Assembly: GCA_963817745.1 (NCBI GenBank)
Contig: CAWFPC010000006.1
Location: 261,286 to 325,285 of the forward strand
Source: an uncultured Chloroflexia bacterium
GTDB taxonomy: Bacteria; Chloroflexota; Limnocylindria; Limnocylindrales; CSP1-4
DNA length: 64,000 bases
Direction of reading: 5' to 3'
Both the position numbers and the translations under genes were made by a program. Numbering within the stretch: the first letter of the stretch is position 1; every line of letters begins with the position of its first letter. Positions 27,671 through 37,222 of the stretch are shown here, piece by piece. The notes below the pieces were generated by a model. It ran no database searches. It saw only the letters and a program-made list of their open reading frames with translations, and was not told the origin of the DNA.

Positions 27671-30600
27671 TCAGTCGAGGCCGAGGGTCAGGACCTCCAC
27701 CACCGGCGGGTCCGACGGTTCGCCCGTCGGCATCGACGCGGCGGCGGCCATCTCGGCGAACCGGCAGAACGCGTTCGCCAGCCGCATCTGCTCGGGCGTC
27801 CGGGCGCGGACGCGCAACAGGTCCGGCGACGGCGACGACGACGGCGACGCAGCGCGCCCGGGAGGTCGCGACGTTGAGGCGGTTGCGGCTGTACAGGAAG
27901 TCCATCCCGCGCGGCGCGAGCTCGGGGCTGGAGGTCGTCATGGAGTACAGGCTGATCGGCGCCTCCTGGCCCTGGAACTTGTCGACGGTGCCGACCCGCG
28001 CCTCCGGTGGCGAGGCGGCGCTTGATCGCGCCGACCTGGGCGTTGTACGGCGCGACGATCAGCACATCATCCCAGGTGAGTGGCCGCGACACGCCCTCCG
28101 GGTCGATCCAGCTGGAGCCGCCCTCGACCAGCGATGGGCGAGGTCGCGACGGCGTCGGCCTCCTCGGGTGACTCGTTATCGCCACCGTGCTCGAAGGGCT
28201 GGCGATCCAGCGCGGCCCGACGCCATCGAGACCCGTGGCCGGCGTCCGCAGCCGTTGCACCTGGAGGTGCGCCTCCGGCTCCAGCCGGTCGTCGTAGAAC
28301 GACCTCCGAGGTGAAATCGCAGAGGGCGGGATGGAGGCGCCAGGTGCGCTCGAGGAACAGGCCGCGGTCGGGTCGGGATCGTCGCGTCCTGGCCGAGGAC
28401 GTGGGCCAGCGCCGACCGTTCGGCTCCGGGCGGATGGGAGCCCTGCACCGGCTGGTCGAGCTGTTGCGGATCGCCCAGCAGGACGATGCTCTTGGTCGCG
28501 GCTGCGACACGGCGATCACGTTGGCCAGCGAGACCTGGCCGGCCTCGTCGACGAACAGGACGTCGACGGCGTCGAGCAGCTTGGATGACGCCCACAGCCA
28601 CGCCGTCCCAGCCGCCAGGTTCGACTCGCCCGTCGTCCAGCCGGGCACGCACATCCGCCGCGTCCTTGGCCCGCACGACCGGCTCCTCGACGACCTGGTC
28701 CGCCGGGCCATGCTGGACGGCCCGGACGTCGATGCGCTCGGTCGGCCGCGGCCTTGAGGACGGCCCGCAAGAGGTTGCCGATGACCTTGTGGCTCGTGCC
28801 GGTGATGCCGACCCGCCGCCCGGCTCGAAGGAGGGTCAGGATCATCCGGGCGCCGCTGTACGTCTTGCCCGAGCCCGGCGGCCCCTGGATGGCGAGCGTC
28901 GTGTGGTCGAGCTCGAGGACCAGTCGGCGCGCCGCCTCGAGGTCGGTCTCGCCGTCGTCCTGGAGGCTCGTGCCAAGCGCTCGGCCGACGTGTGGAGGCT
29001 CGCCCAGCAGGAGGCGCCGCGCGGCGAGGTGTGGACCGTCGCCATCGATGCCGTGCTCGGCGACCCACTCGCCGATCTCGATGAGGCGGTCCTGGTGCGC
29101 GGCCGTCCGGACCCACGGCAGCGGGACGATCGCTCGCGGATGGGCGGCCTCGATCGGCCGGCGGATGTCGACCGTGAGCGCCGCCGGGTCGATCTCGACG
29201 ACCTCGCCGGCGACCCACTGCCACGGGTTCGCGTCGGGGTCGACCTGCTTGCGCGCCGGATCGAATGCATCGCCGCGCCAGGTGCCGAAGTCCTGGTCGG
29301 GGAAGCTGTAGCGCCAGGTCTGCTTGCCCTTGCGCTCGTCATCGACCGGCCCGACGGGGAGCAGGCCGCCGATCGGCTCGTCCTCGTCCAGGAGCTGCTC
29401 GGGCGTGAGGTCCATGAGCCGATGGAACTCCCACCACATCGCCTTGTCCTCGCGGCGGTGCCAGCCCAGGAGCTGGGCGAGGAGCCAGCGAGCATGCTGC
29501 TCCGGCGAGCGCTCGGCGGGGTCGGTCGGGACCAGGTCGGGATCGGCCAGCCTCTCGACGAGCGCGGCGACTCGCGCCTGCAATGCCGTCAGCTCCGGCG
29601 GCAGTGGCGTCTCACGCGGCGCCGGACGCGGGACGGACTGCCCGCTCTCCTCGGCGAGCTGCTCGCGCCGCGCTTCGAGCCAGTCGCGCAGGCGCAGGTT
29701 GCTGACGACGTCGTCGCGGTTGTAGCGCTCGATGCGGTCCAGGTGCGTCGCTTCCGGCCGATCGCCCTCGCCGAGCTCCAGCCACTGCTCGAAGGCCACG
29801 ATGCTGCTGCCGGCGTCGCGCAGGTCGATCTCGCGCTCGAAGCCGTAGAACTGCTCCATCTTCTTGATGGAGTAGCTCTCCACGGATGCGCGCAGGGACT
29901 GGCGGACGGCACGCAGCAGGTCGACCATCACGCCCTCGCGAAGCAGTCGATCGACTTCCTCCTCGCGCGTCCCGTAGCGGCCCATCAGGCGCTTGAGCGC
30001 CGTCGGCTCGTACGGCGCGTAGTGATAGATGTGCATGTCCGGGTACCGCGCGAGACGCTCCATGCAACGATCCATGAGCGTCTCGAACGCCTGGCGCTCG
30101 GCGTCGAGGCGTGAACTCGCCGCCCGCGTCGCGCGACCAGATCGCGCTGAACTCGCCATCCACGTCGAGCAGCCCGAACAGGTAGTCGAGTCCGTCGTCG
30201 AGGGCATACGGGTCGCCTTCGATGTCGAAGAAGAGGTCGCCCGGCGATGGCGGCGGGAGGCTTGCCAGGCCACGCTCGGGGTCGATCGACTGGCCCGGCT
30301 CCGGCAGGAACAGCTCGATAGCGCGGACCCTCGCGCCGGCCCTCGAGCTGGATGCGTGCCTGCTCGCGCACCCGCATGAGGGCGCCGGCGCCCGTTCCCT
30401 CGAGCGGCGGGTCCAACGGCAGCGGCAGCTCACCGAGTGCCTCCAGGGTGTCGACGCCACGTTCCTGGAGGGCGCCTCGCTGCCGCGCCGAGATGCCGGC
30501 GACGAGGCTCAGGTGATCGTCGGTCCGCCGGCGCTGCACGCATTCGGCCGCCCAGCGGCAGACATCGCAATGCTCGACTGGCTCCGGGTACGTCGTGGCC

Positions 30601-31259
30601 GGGGGGTACGTCGCCGCCGTCTCGTCGGCCATCGTCGCCAGGAATCGGCCCTTGGCGCTGCGGTAGTAGGCCATGTAGTCGTCGACCCGCAGTCGCTCGA
30701 CGGTCCGGGCGCTGCCGCCGAGAGCGACGTGGAGCCATTCCGGCCGGACGCCCTGGATCCGCTCCAGCTGGTCGATGTACGAGCAGATCTGGAGGACGGC
30801 GCTCGCCTTGACGTGGCGGGCGAGCTTCGTGTCGGCCACCTCGTAGTGGTACGGCCCCCAGACCGACGGCCGTGCCTCGTCGTCGACACGCAGCAGGAAG
30901 TCGGCGTGGCCGCGCCACGTCCCGTCGAAGAACGTCGCCTGGTAGATGACGTCGGCGCCCGCGGCCATCGCGTCGATCGTCTCGGCGGCGGCGGCACGGA
31001 GCTGGTCGCCGCGATCCTCGATGGAGCCATCGAGCTGGATCGTGACGGACTCGCGACCGGCGGCGGCGAGGTCGGCGAGATAGCGCTTTTCGTGCTCGAA
31101 CCCGCGCTTGCGGATGATGTCGAGCTCGGGGTCGTCGCGCATGGGGCGCCGCACGAGGCCGGCGAGCGACGCGCGCTCGAGCTGGGTCAGGTGCTCGCAG
31201 GCGAGGTACGCGACGAGGTCGGTGGCGGCGTAGACCGGTCGCCCATCGATCGTCTGCAC
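27671..31259 (-). pseudogene. RecB/Cas4-like nuclease (TM0106-type) fused to an SF1B Dna2/Upf1-like helicase, at least 9 apparent frameshifts
   Basis: N-terminus YLACEH...YEVADTKLARHVK...EHCDVCRWAAEC (PD-(D/E)xK plus Cys cluster). Central FFDIEGDPY...HIYHYAPYEPTALKRL module. Helicase motifs GPPGSGKTY, LFVDEAGQV, LLGDPQQL, GTVDKFQGQEAP, LNVATSRAR. The reading has to be stitched from six overlapping ORF-track entries. Confidence 0.85.
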
Positions 31260-31265
31260 GCGTCC

Positions 31266-31271
31266 AGCGTA
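31266..31271 (-). promoter_or_regulatory. -10-like hexamer TACGCT exactly 6 nt upstream of the nuclease-helicase GTG (leaderless-type)
   Basis: The minus strand reads TACGCT-ggacgc-GTG. Confidence 0.4.
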
Positions 31272-31308
31272 GCCCGCGGCCGCGTCAGCTTGCCTGTCAC
31301 GGGGACGC

Positions 31309-31314
31309 TAGGCT
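31309..31314 (+). promoter_or_regulatory. -10-like hexamer TAGGCT exactly 6 nt upstream of the DUF1992 GTG (leaderless-type)
   Basis: TAGGCT-gtcgcg-GTG. Confidence 0.4.
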
Positions 31315-31320
31315 GTCGCG

Positions 31321-31776
31321 GTGAGCCCGCAGCGCCGTGAGCCCGACGGCACGATCCAGGCCGGCCGGACGTGGGAGAGCCTCGTCGAGCGCCAGATCCG
31401 CGAGGCGATGGACGAGGGTGCCTTCGACGAGCTGCCCCACCAGGGCGCCCCGCTGCCGCTGGAGGACGATTCGGCCGCCGGCGAGTGGGCGATGGCCCAC
31501 CGGATGTTGCGCAACGCCGGCGCGGCGCCGCCGTGGATCGAGGCGGACAAGGCCGTCCGGGCGTTGTTGGCGGAGCGGGAGGCGCTGCTCGCAAGGGCGG
31601 CGCGGCGCCCCGCACCGCCGCTTGATCGGACGCGACGCGAGATGGCGCGCATCGTCGGCGCGGCCAATGCGGCGATCGAGCGGTTGAACGCGGAGGCACC
31701 GACCGACCGGCAGCACCGCCGCCCGCTCGATCTCGCCGCCGAGCTCGCGGGGCTCGAGGCCTTGCTCAGGGCCTGA
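31321..31776 (+). CDS. DUF1992-domain protein (DnaJC28-like)
   Basis: WESLVERQIREAMDEGAFDELPHQGAPLPLEDD...AHRMLRNAGAAPPWIE. Confidence 0.85.
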   Translation: MSPQRREPDGTIQAGRTWESLVERQIREAMDEGAFDELPHQGAPLPLEDDSAAGEWAMAHRMLRNAGAAPPWIEADKAVRALLAEREALLARAARRPAPPLDRTRREMARIVGAANAAIERLNAEAPTDRQHRRPLDLAAELAGLEALLRA

Positions 31777-31781
31777 CCGCG

Positions 31782-31805
31782 AGGGCGCGCAAAGCCGCGC
31801 GCCCT
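31782..31805. terminator. Hairpin between the convergent DUF1992 and aminotransferase genes
   Basis: AGGGCGCGC-aaagcc-GCGCGCCCT (9-bp perfect stem). Confidence 0.55.
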
Positions 31806-31828
31806 TGGCCCCGACCGCGCCCGGGCGG

Positions 31829-33193
31829 TCAGCCGAACAGGGCGGCGACGGCCTCCCCGAACACGGCCGTGTGCCGGTCGACGTCCGCCTCGGTCGTGGC
31901 GGGCGACATCAGCGCCATGTTGTGGAACGGCGTCATCAGCACGCGCCGGTTCATCGCCCAGAGGTGGAGGAACCGCTCGAGCTCGGGGTCGCTGTGCGCC
32001 CATTGCTCGGCGCCGTTGCGCGGGGGGTCCGGCATGAAGTGGTACTCCGCGCGTGCGCCGAGCCGGGTCACGTGCCACGGGACCGCGGTATCGCGGATGA
32101 CGGCGTCGACGCCCGCTGCCCATCGTGCCCCGAGCGGGAGCATGTGGTCGAAGGCCGCGTCGGTCAGGACCTCGCCGAGGGTGGCCCGGACCGCCGCCAG
32201 CGACAGCGCATAGCCGGCGAGGGTCCCGCCGATGCCGCCGACATCCGATTCATCGATGGTCATGGACGCCCGGACACGGTCCGCGATCGCCGCGGACATG
32301 CCGTAGGCCGCCACCGGGATGCCGCCGCCGATGGTCTTGCCGATGACGAGCATGTCGGGATCGAGGCCCCAGGCAGCCGTGGCTCCGCCCGGACCGGCGC
32401 AGATGGTGTGGGTCTCGTCGATGATGAGGATCGTGTCGGTGCGGCGGGTCAGGTCACGCACCGCGTCGAGATAGCCGGGTTCCGGCAGCACGATCCCGAC
32501 GTTCGTGAGCGCCGGCTCGATGAGGACGGCCGCCACGTCCCCGTGCCCGAGGGCGCGCTCGAGGTCATCGATGTCGTTGAACGCCACCACCCGGGTCGTC
32601 GATGCCACGTCGACCTGCGGCCCGATCGACCCCTCGACCGGCACGACGCGCCCCGCGTCGTCGAGGATCGCGATGGCCTCGTCGACCGAGCCGTGGTAGC
32701 AATGGTCGTGGACGACCACCTTCGACCGGCCGGTGATGTGGCGCGCCAGCCGAAGCGAGAACCGGTTCGCGTCCGTGGCCGACAGGGTGAACTGCCACGA
32801 CGGCAGCCCGAATCGCCGGGTCAGCTCCTCGCCGGCCCAGATGGCGTCCTCGGTGGGCAGCATGTGGGTGATGCCGCGGCGCAGCTGGCGCTCCACCGCG
32901 GCGATCGTCGGTGCCGGTCCATGACCGGCCATGGCTCCGGTGTCGCCAAGACAGAGGTCGACATAGTCGTGGCCGTCCACGCAACGGAAATGGGCTCCCG
33001 ACGCCTCGTCGACGAAGAGGGGAAAGGGCCCGGCCCAGCGGACCATCCAGTTCATCGGTACGCCGTCGAGCAGGGAGGCGCGGGCGCGCTCGTGGAGCGC
33101 GTATGAGCGGGGATGTTCGGCCGCGAAGGCGGCGGTCTCCTGCGCGAGCAGGGTCCGGAGTCGTTCGCGGTCGAGGGTGCGCTGGTCGGCCAT
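31829..33193 (-). CDS. Class III (GSA-aminomutase-like) PLP-dependent aminotransferase
   Basis: Intact. Reads LSATDANRFSLRLAR, IIDETHT and the PLP-Lys context DMLVIGKTIGGGIP. An alternative ATG lies at 33235. Confidence 0.88.
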   Translation of the reverse strand: MADQRTLDRERLRTLLAQETAAFAAEHPRSYALHERARASLLDGVPMNWMVRWAGPFPLFVDEASGAHFRCVDGHDYVDLCLGDTGAMAGHGPAPTIAAVERQLRRGITHMLPTEDAIWAGEELTRRFGLPSWQFTLSATDANRFSLRLARHITGRSKVVVHDHCYHGSVDEAIAILDDAGRVVPVEGSIGPQVDVASTTRVVAFNDIDDLERALGHGDVAAVLIEPALTNVGIVLPEPGYLDAVRDLTRRTDTILIIDETHTICAGPGGATAAWGLDPDMLVIGKTIGGGIPVAAYGMSAAIADRVRASMTIDESDVGGIGGTLAGYALSLAAVRATLGEVLTDAAFDHMLPLGARWAAGVDAVIRDTAVPWHVTRLGARAEYHFMPDPPRNGAEQWAHSDPELERFLHLWAMNRRVLMTPFHNMALMSPATTEADVDRHTAVFGEAVAALFG

Positions 33194-33286
33194 GCAGGTG
33201 AGCATGCCCGCTCGACCAGGGATGCGGATGGTCATCCCGCCCGGCAGGACGGTGGTGGCCGCTGATCGCGGCCGAGGTGTCCGTCG

Positions 33287-33484
33287 TCAGTGCGAGCGGC
33301 GAACGTACCCGCAGATGGGGCACGTGGCGACCCCGCTGGCGGGATCGACCTCGAGGTAGCTGGTGCAGCCGTTGGTGCTGCAGTAGGGACGATTGGCCGC
33401 GCTGGCGGCCGATGCGCGCCGTCGCAGACGGCGCATGTTGCTCGCTCGACCGGCAAAGGTCGAGGTCGCGGATCGGGTCATCAT
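33287..33484 (-). CDS. Small basic zinc-ribbon protein
   Basis: ...MRRLRRRASAASAANRPYCSTNGCTSYLEVDPASGVATCPICGYVRRSH (C-x4-C ... C-x2-C). The coding-like GC3 is high. The 5' flank is AT-richer (aaagaacaagag). Confidence 0.5.
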   Translation of the reverse strand: MMTRSATSTFAGRASNMRRLRRRASAASAANRPYCSTNGCTSYLEVDPASGVATCPICGYVRRSH

Positions 33485-33821
33485 CGGATCTGGTGCTCTT
33501 GTTCTTTCTGGGCGACCCGGCGGGTTGGGCCGAAGGTCATGCCCCTGGTTCTGCTCCGCTCTGGACAGCCCGAGTTGGGGGCCGGAGCGGTGTCGTGGTC
33601 CGGGCGACGTACCGGGAGCGTCCGTTTCGAGGCGCTCGACCGGGGCCGCGTTGCGGACCGGTGATGGATTCCACTATGGGGCAGAACGTCTGTTCTGTCA
33701 ACCGCCCGTAGAGGGCAGGACCACCGGATGGGCTTCCGCGGGCGGTCGCAGCGGCGTAGGATGCCGCCATTCGCAGGCGCGCCGTATGGGGCGCCCGGAT
33801 GACGGGAGGCATTGGCCCAAT

Positions 33822-34355
33822 ATGACGGATCCCACGAGCTCGTCCGATCCAACGGCGGCGCCGGTGGAACCAACGCCACCGCCACCGGCCGCGCCGACAC
33901 CGCCCCCGGTAGCGACGCCGCCGCCGGCGACACCCACCACGACATCCACGCCCCCATCGACCGGTGCTGCGGGAGCGCGACCGACGGGCATCACGATCCT
34001 CGCCATCCTCGCCGCCATCGGCGGCGTGGCAGGCCTGTTCGGCGGCTATTGTGGTCTTCGTCGGCTGGGCGCTGTGTCTTCGGCGGCCTGGGCGCGGTCC
34101 TCGGTCTCGCCATCCTCGCATTCGCGGCGCCTGAGCCTGGCGCTTGCGTACGGGCTCTGGAGCTCAAGCCGTGGGCATGGCCCCTCGGCGTCGTCGGCGC
34201 AGGTCTGCGGCATCGTCCTCAGCGTCCTCCAGGTGATCGGCGGGACGACTGCGATCGCGAGCATCATCGTGTCGATCGCGATCAGCGCGGGCATCCTGTA
34301 CTACCTCTACCAGCCCGGCATCAAGTCGCTCTTCGGGCGCAGCGGCTCGCTCTAG
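33822..34355 (+). pseudogene. Pro/Thr-rich N-terminus plus polytopic small membrane protein, multiple frame changes
   Basis: GGGAGG RBS. Reads MTDPTSSSDPTAAPVEPTPPPPAAPTPPPVATPPP..., then TM segments ITILAILAAIGGVAGLFGG / FGGLGAVLGLAILAFAA / VCGIVLSVLQVIGG / IASIIVSIAISAGILYYLY spread over three frames. Confidence 0.6.
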
Positions 34356-34472
34356 ACCGAACACGGCGGCGGGAGCCGCCAAGGACGGCCAGTCGACGGC
34401 GGGGACCCGAGCGGGCCCCGCCGTTCGTCGTTCCTGCCGCCTCGGTCGTCCGTCGGCGACACTTGTCGCGAC

Positions 34473-35122
34473 ATGGCACGCTCGGACGACGACGCCCGAC
34501 CCACGACCCGCCTCGGTCGCCTGCGCGCCGACGCGGGAGCGGCCGCGGAGCCGCTCGTCAATTCGGTCGGCTCGGCGATCGATGCCGCCATGCACGGGCT
34601 CCGCGAGCTGCCGGGCATGCGCGTCCGGCGCGTGCGCCGGATGGGCCACCGGCCGCTGCCGTCGCTGCCCGAGCTCCATCCCGAGTCCCGTACCGCCCGG
34701 CCGGTGGAGATCGGCACGCGGTCCATCCCCGTCGAGGACATCCGTGGCACGGCGGTCGGCGGCGGGGCGCAGCGCGGTGGCGACTTCCTGCCGCTCAAGG
34801 CATTCCGCGGCCGGAACTGGGCGGCCCGCTGGCAGCGGTTGCGCCGGGCGAACGACGCGCTCGAGCCCCTGCCGCCGATCGACGTCGTGCGATACGACGA
34901 CGGCTACTGGGTCGTCGATGGCCACAATCGGGTGGCCCTCGCCCTCTACGCGGGGCAACTCGAGGTCGATGCCTCCATCGTCGAGCTGGTCCCGCCGGGC
35001 GGGCAGCGGACCGAGAGCATCGGGTCGCTCGAGGCGGAGATGGAGGCGACCCGCGGGTTGCGTGGACGAGCGACACGCCCCGCCGATGCGGGACCGACGC
35101 CGAACCTGACCCCGGGTCATGA
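34473..35122 (+). CDS. ParB/Srx-fold (ParB-like nuclease domain) protein. The C-terminal end needs a frame change.
   Basis: IPVEDIRGTAVGGGAQRGGDFLPLKAF...WQRL...LPPIDVVRYDDGYWVVDGHNRVALALYAG. The in-frame ORF has no stop until 36590. The alternative frame ends ...DAEPDPGS with its TGA in an ATGA overlap with the next gene. Confidence 0.7.
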
Positions 35123-35844
35123 TCCGGCGCCTGCGGGTGGCGTGGCCCGATCCCCGGCCGTTCGCCGCCCGCGATGGCCGACCGATCCGCTGGCTCGTGG
35201 TGTCCGACGAGGAGGATCCGGCGCTGGGCTTCGAGATCAATCGCGCCGCGCTCGGACCGATCGACGCGGTCCTCGGCGCGGGCGACCTCGAGCCCGAGTA
35301 CCTCGGCTTCCTCGGCGATGCGTTCGGCGTGGGCGTCATGTACGTCCGGGGCAACCACGACCACGGCGGTCGCTGGGCGGAGTCGGTCGCGACGCTGGCG
35401 CCACAGCCGTTGCGGACCGGATCGATCGCGTCGATCGACGGGATCGCCGTCCTGGCGCTCGAATGGCCGGGTCTCCGGCACGGGGATCGCCAGCGGCACG
35501 ACGGCAGCGCCTGGACCGACGCCCTGCGCGGCCTGTGGCGGCTGGTGGTCCGGCGCGTGACGGGGCGCGCGGCGCCGCTCGTCGTGTTGAGCCACGCGCC
35601 ACCCCGTGGGGTCGGGGACCGGGCGGCCGACCCGTACCACGTCGGGTTCGCCGCGTACCGCTGGCTGCTGGATCGCCTCGCCCCGCCCGTCTGGCTCCAC
35701 GGCCATGTGCCACCGGCCAGCGTCGAGGGCTGGCGGCTCGACCACGGCGCGAGCACGATCGTGAACGTGACCGGCGCGGTCCTGGTCGAGCTGGTCCCGC
35801 CCGATGGGGTCGCCGGCGCTGCGGGGGAGCCGGACGCCGCCTAG
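35119..35844 (+). CDS. Calcineurin-like metallophosphoesterase
   Basis: Intact. Reads VVSDEED, GAGDLE, VRGNHD, VVLSHAPP, WLHGHVP. Confidence 0.82.
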   Translation: MIRRLRVAWPDPRPFAARDGRPIRWLVVSDEEDPALGFEINRAALGPIDAVLGAGDLEPEYLGFLGDAFGVGVMYVRGNHDHGGRWAESVATLAPQPLRTGSIASIDGIAVLALEWPGLRHGDRQRHDGSAWTDALRGLWRLVVRRVTGRAAPLVVLSHAPPRGVGDRAADPYHVGFAAYRWLLDRLAPPVWLHGHVPPASVEGWRLDHGASTIVNVTGAVLVELVPPDGVAGAAGEPDAA

Positions 35845-36575
35845 AACGGCGGCCAGGGCACGGCCGGCCAGGTCGGCGACGGGAACGGGAAGCGCCCGGC
35901 GGCCAGCAGCGCGTCGACGCGACGAACGGTGGCGCGGGTCTCGAGCCGTCCGAGCAGGCCCCGAAGCTCGACGCCCAGGGACCCGTCGAGGCCGTCCCGG
36001 ATCCGTTGCAGCCCGGCGAGCTCGTCGTCGGCGAGGGGCTGCCCGCGCCAGCCCCACAGCACGGTCCGCAGCTTCGGCACGGGCGAGAAGCACACGCCAT
36101 GGTCGACGCCGTGGATCCGCCGCCCGCCGTCGACCGGCAGGATGTGACCGCCCTTCCGGTCGGTGTTGTTGATCGCCGCATCGAACACGGCCATCCGGCG
36201 CAGCCGCGGATCGTCCTCGACGACCAGCGCGACGACATCGACCTCGGGGTCCGGCTCGATGAACGCCTGGACCATCCCCTCGCCGAACGGACCGTCGCGC
36301 AGCAGGGTGGGCGGCACGATGTCCCAGCCGCTCGCCTCGGACACGTGCCAGGCGGCGACCTCGCGTCGGGTGAGCGTGCCGTCGGGGAAGTCGTCGAGCG
36401 GTCGTTCGCCGGCGGTGGGCTTGTAGATCGCCTCGATCTGCTGGGCCGGCTCGGGCTCGGGACACGCTCGGGTGACCGTCACGAAGAGGGCGTTGTTGCT
36501 CGACTCGACGATCCGCCCGACGATCTCGATCTCGCCCTCGCGCAGGAGCTCGAGCGTGGACGCCCGGTCGGACAT
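35841..36575 (-). CDS. SCO1664-family protein (PI3/4-kinase-like fold)
   Basis: GRIVESSNNALFV...AIYKPTAGERPLDDFPDGTLTRREVAAWHVSEASGWDIVPPT...NNTDRKGGH. Confidence 0.85.
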   Translation of the reverse strand: MSDRASTLELLREGEIEIVGRIVESSNNALFVTVTRACPEPEPAQQIEAIYKPTAGERPLDDFPDGTLTRREVAAWHVSEASGWDIVPPTLLRDGPFGEGMVQAFIEPDPEVDVVALVVEDDPRLRRMAVFDAAINNTDRKGGHILPVDGGRRIHGVDHGVCFSPVPKLRTVLWGWRGQPLADDELAGLQRIRDGLDGSLGVELRGLLGRLETRATVRRVDALLAAGRFPFPSPTWPAVPWPPF

Positions 36576-36586
36576 GTCGCGTCGCG

Positions 36587-37156
36587 CTAGTTGACGAAGT
36601 GGCCGTTGCGGCGCGGGCAGATGTGCCCGCGCGGATCCAGGGGCGCGCCGCACAGCGGGCAGGGCAGCCGCCCGGAGGCCACGACGCGGGTGGCGCGGTC
36701 CACGAAGGAGCGTGCGGCGCTGGCGGTGATGAGGACCCGCAGGAGGTCGGGGCCGTCCTCGTCCTCGTCGTCGTCCTCGTCGGGATCGATCGCCTCGCCA
36801 TCCTCGTCGACGGCGCGGGCCTCCACGAGGATCCGCTCGGCCTCGCCGTCCCAGCCGAGCGTCAGCGACCCGGCGCGGAACGCCTCGATGAGCGGTTCGT
36901 CAAGCGGTGCCGTGTCGGTCGTCTCGGTGACGACCTCCGGCTCCGCCGCGACGCCCTCGACGCCACGTCGACCGAGCTCGGCGAGGAGCTCGGTCAGTCG
37001 TTCGGCGAGCACCGCGACCTGCACCTTCTCGAGCGCGATGGAGACGATCCGGCCGCCGTCACGTGCCTGCAGGAAGAACGTCCGGTCGCCGGGTTCGCCG
37101 ACGGTGCCGGCGATGAAGCGCTCGGGCGCGTCGAAGAGATAGCGACGTCGCGGCAT
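36587..37156 (-). CDS. DUF3090-family protein
   Basis: FIAGTVGEPGDRTFFLQA...LTLGWD...CPLCGAPLDPRGHICPRRNGH. Confidence 0.88.
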   Translation of the reverse strand: MPRRRYLFDAPERFIAGTVGEPGDRTFFLQARDGGRIVSIALEKVQVAVLAERLTELLAELGRRGVEGVAAEPEVVTETTDTAPLDEPLIEAFRAGSLTLGWDGEAERILVEARAVDEDGEAIDPDEDDDEDEDGPDLLRVLITASAARSFVDRATRVVASGRLPCPLCGAPLDPRGHICPRRNGHFVN

Positions 37157-37222
37157 GACCTGACTCTATACCAATTCGGCGCCGGGTCGGGGCGAGCGAC
37201 CAGCGAGCGGGCGCCGGGCGGA

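Noticed and set aside
35841-35844. Shared CTAG giving stop codons on both strands (phosphoesterase and SCO1664 genes), and the 44-nt convergent overlap of the cupin and DUF72 genes (20544-20587).
   Set aside because: These are compact tail-to-tail arrangements, and late stop codons are expected in GC-rich genomes. There is no further structure suggesting antisense regulation.
34473-36590. 705-aa ORF suggesting a large ParB-fusion protein.
   Set aside because: Only the first ~215 aa look like protein. The rest is the out-of-frame read-through of the phosphoesterase gene and the antisense of the SCO1664 gene. An ATGA-coupled stop exists in the neighbouring frame at 35120-35122.
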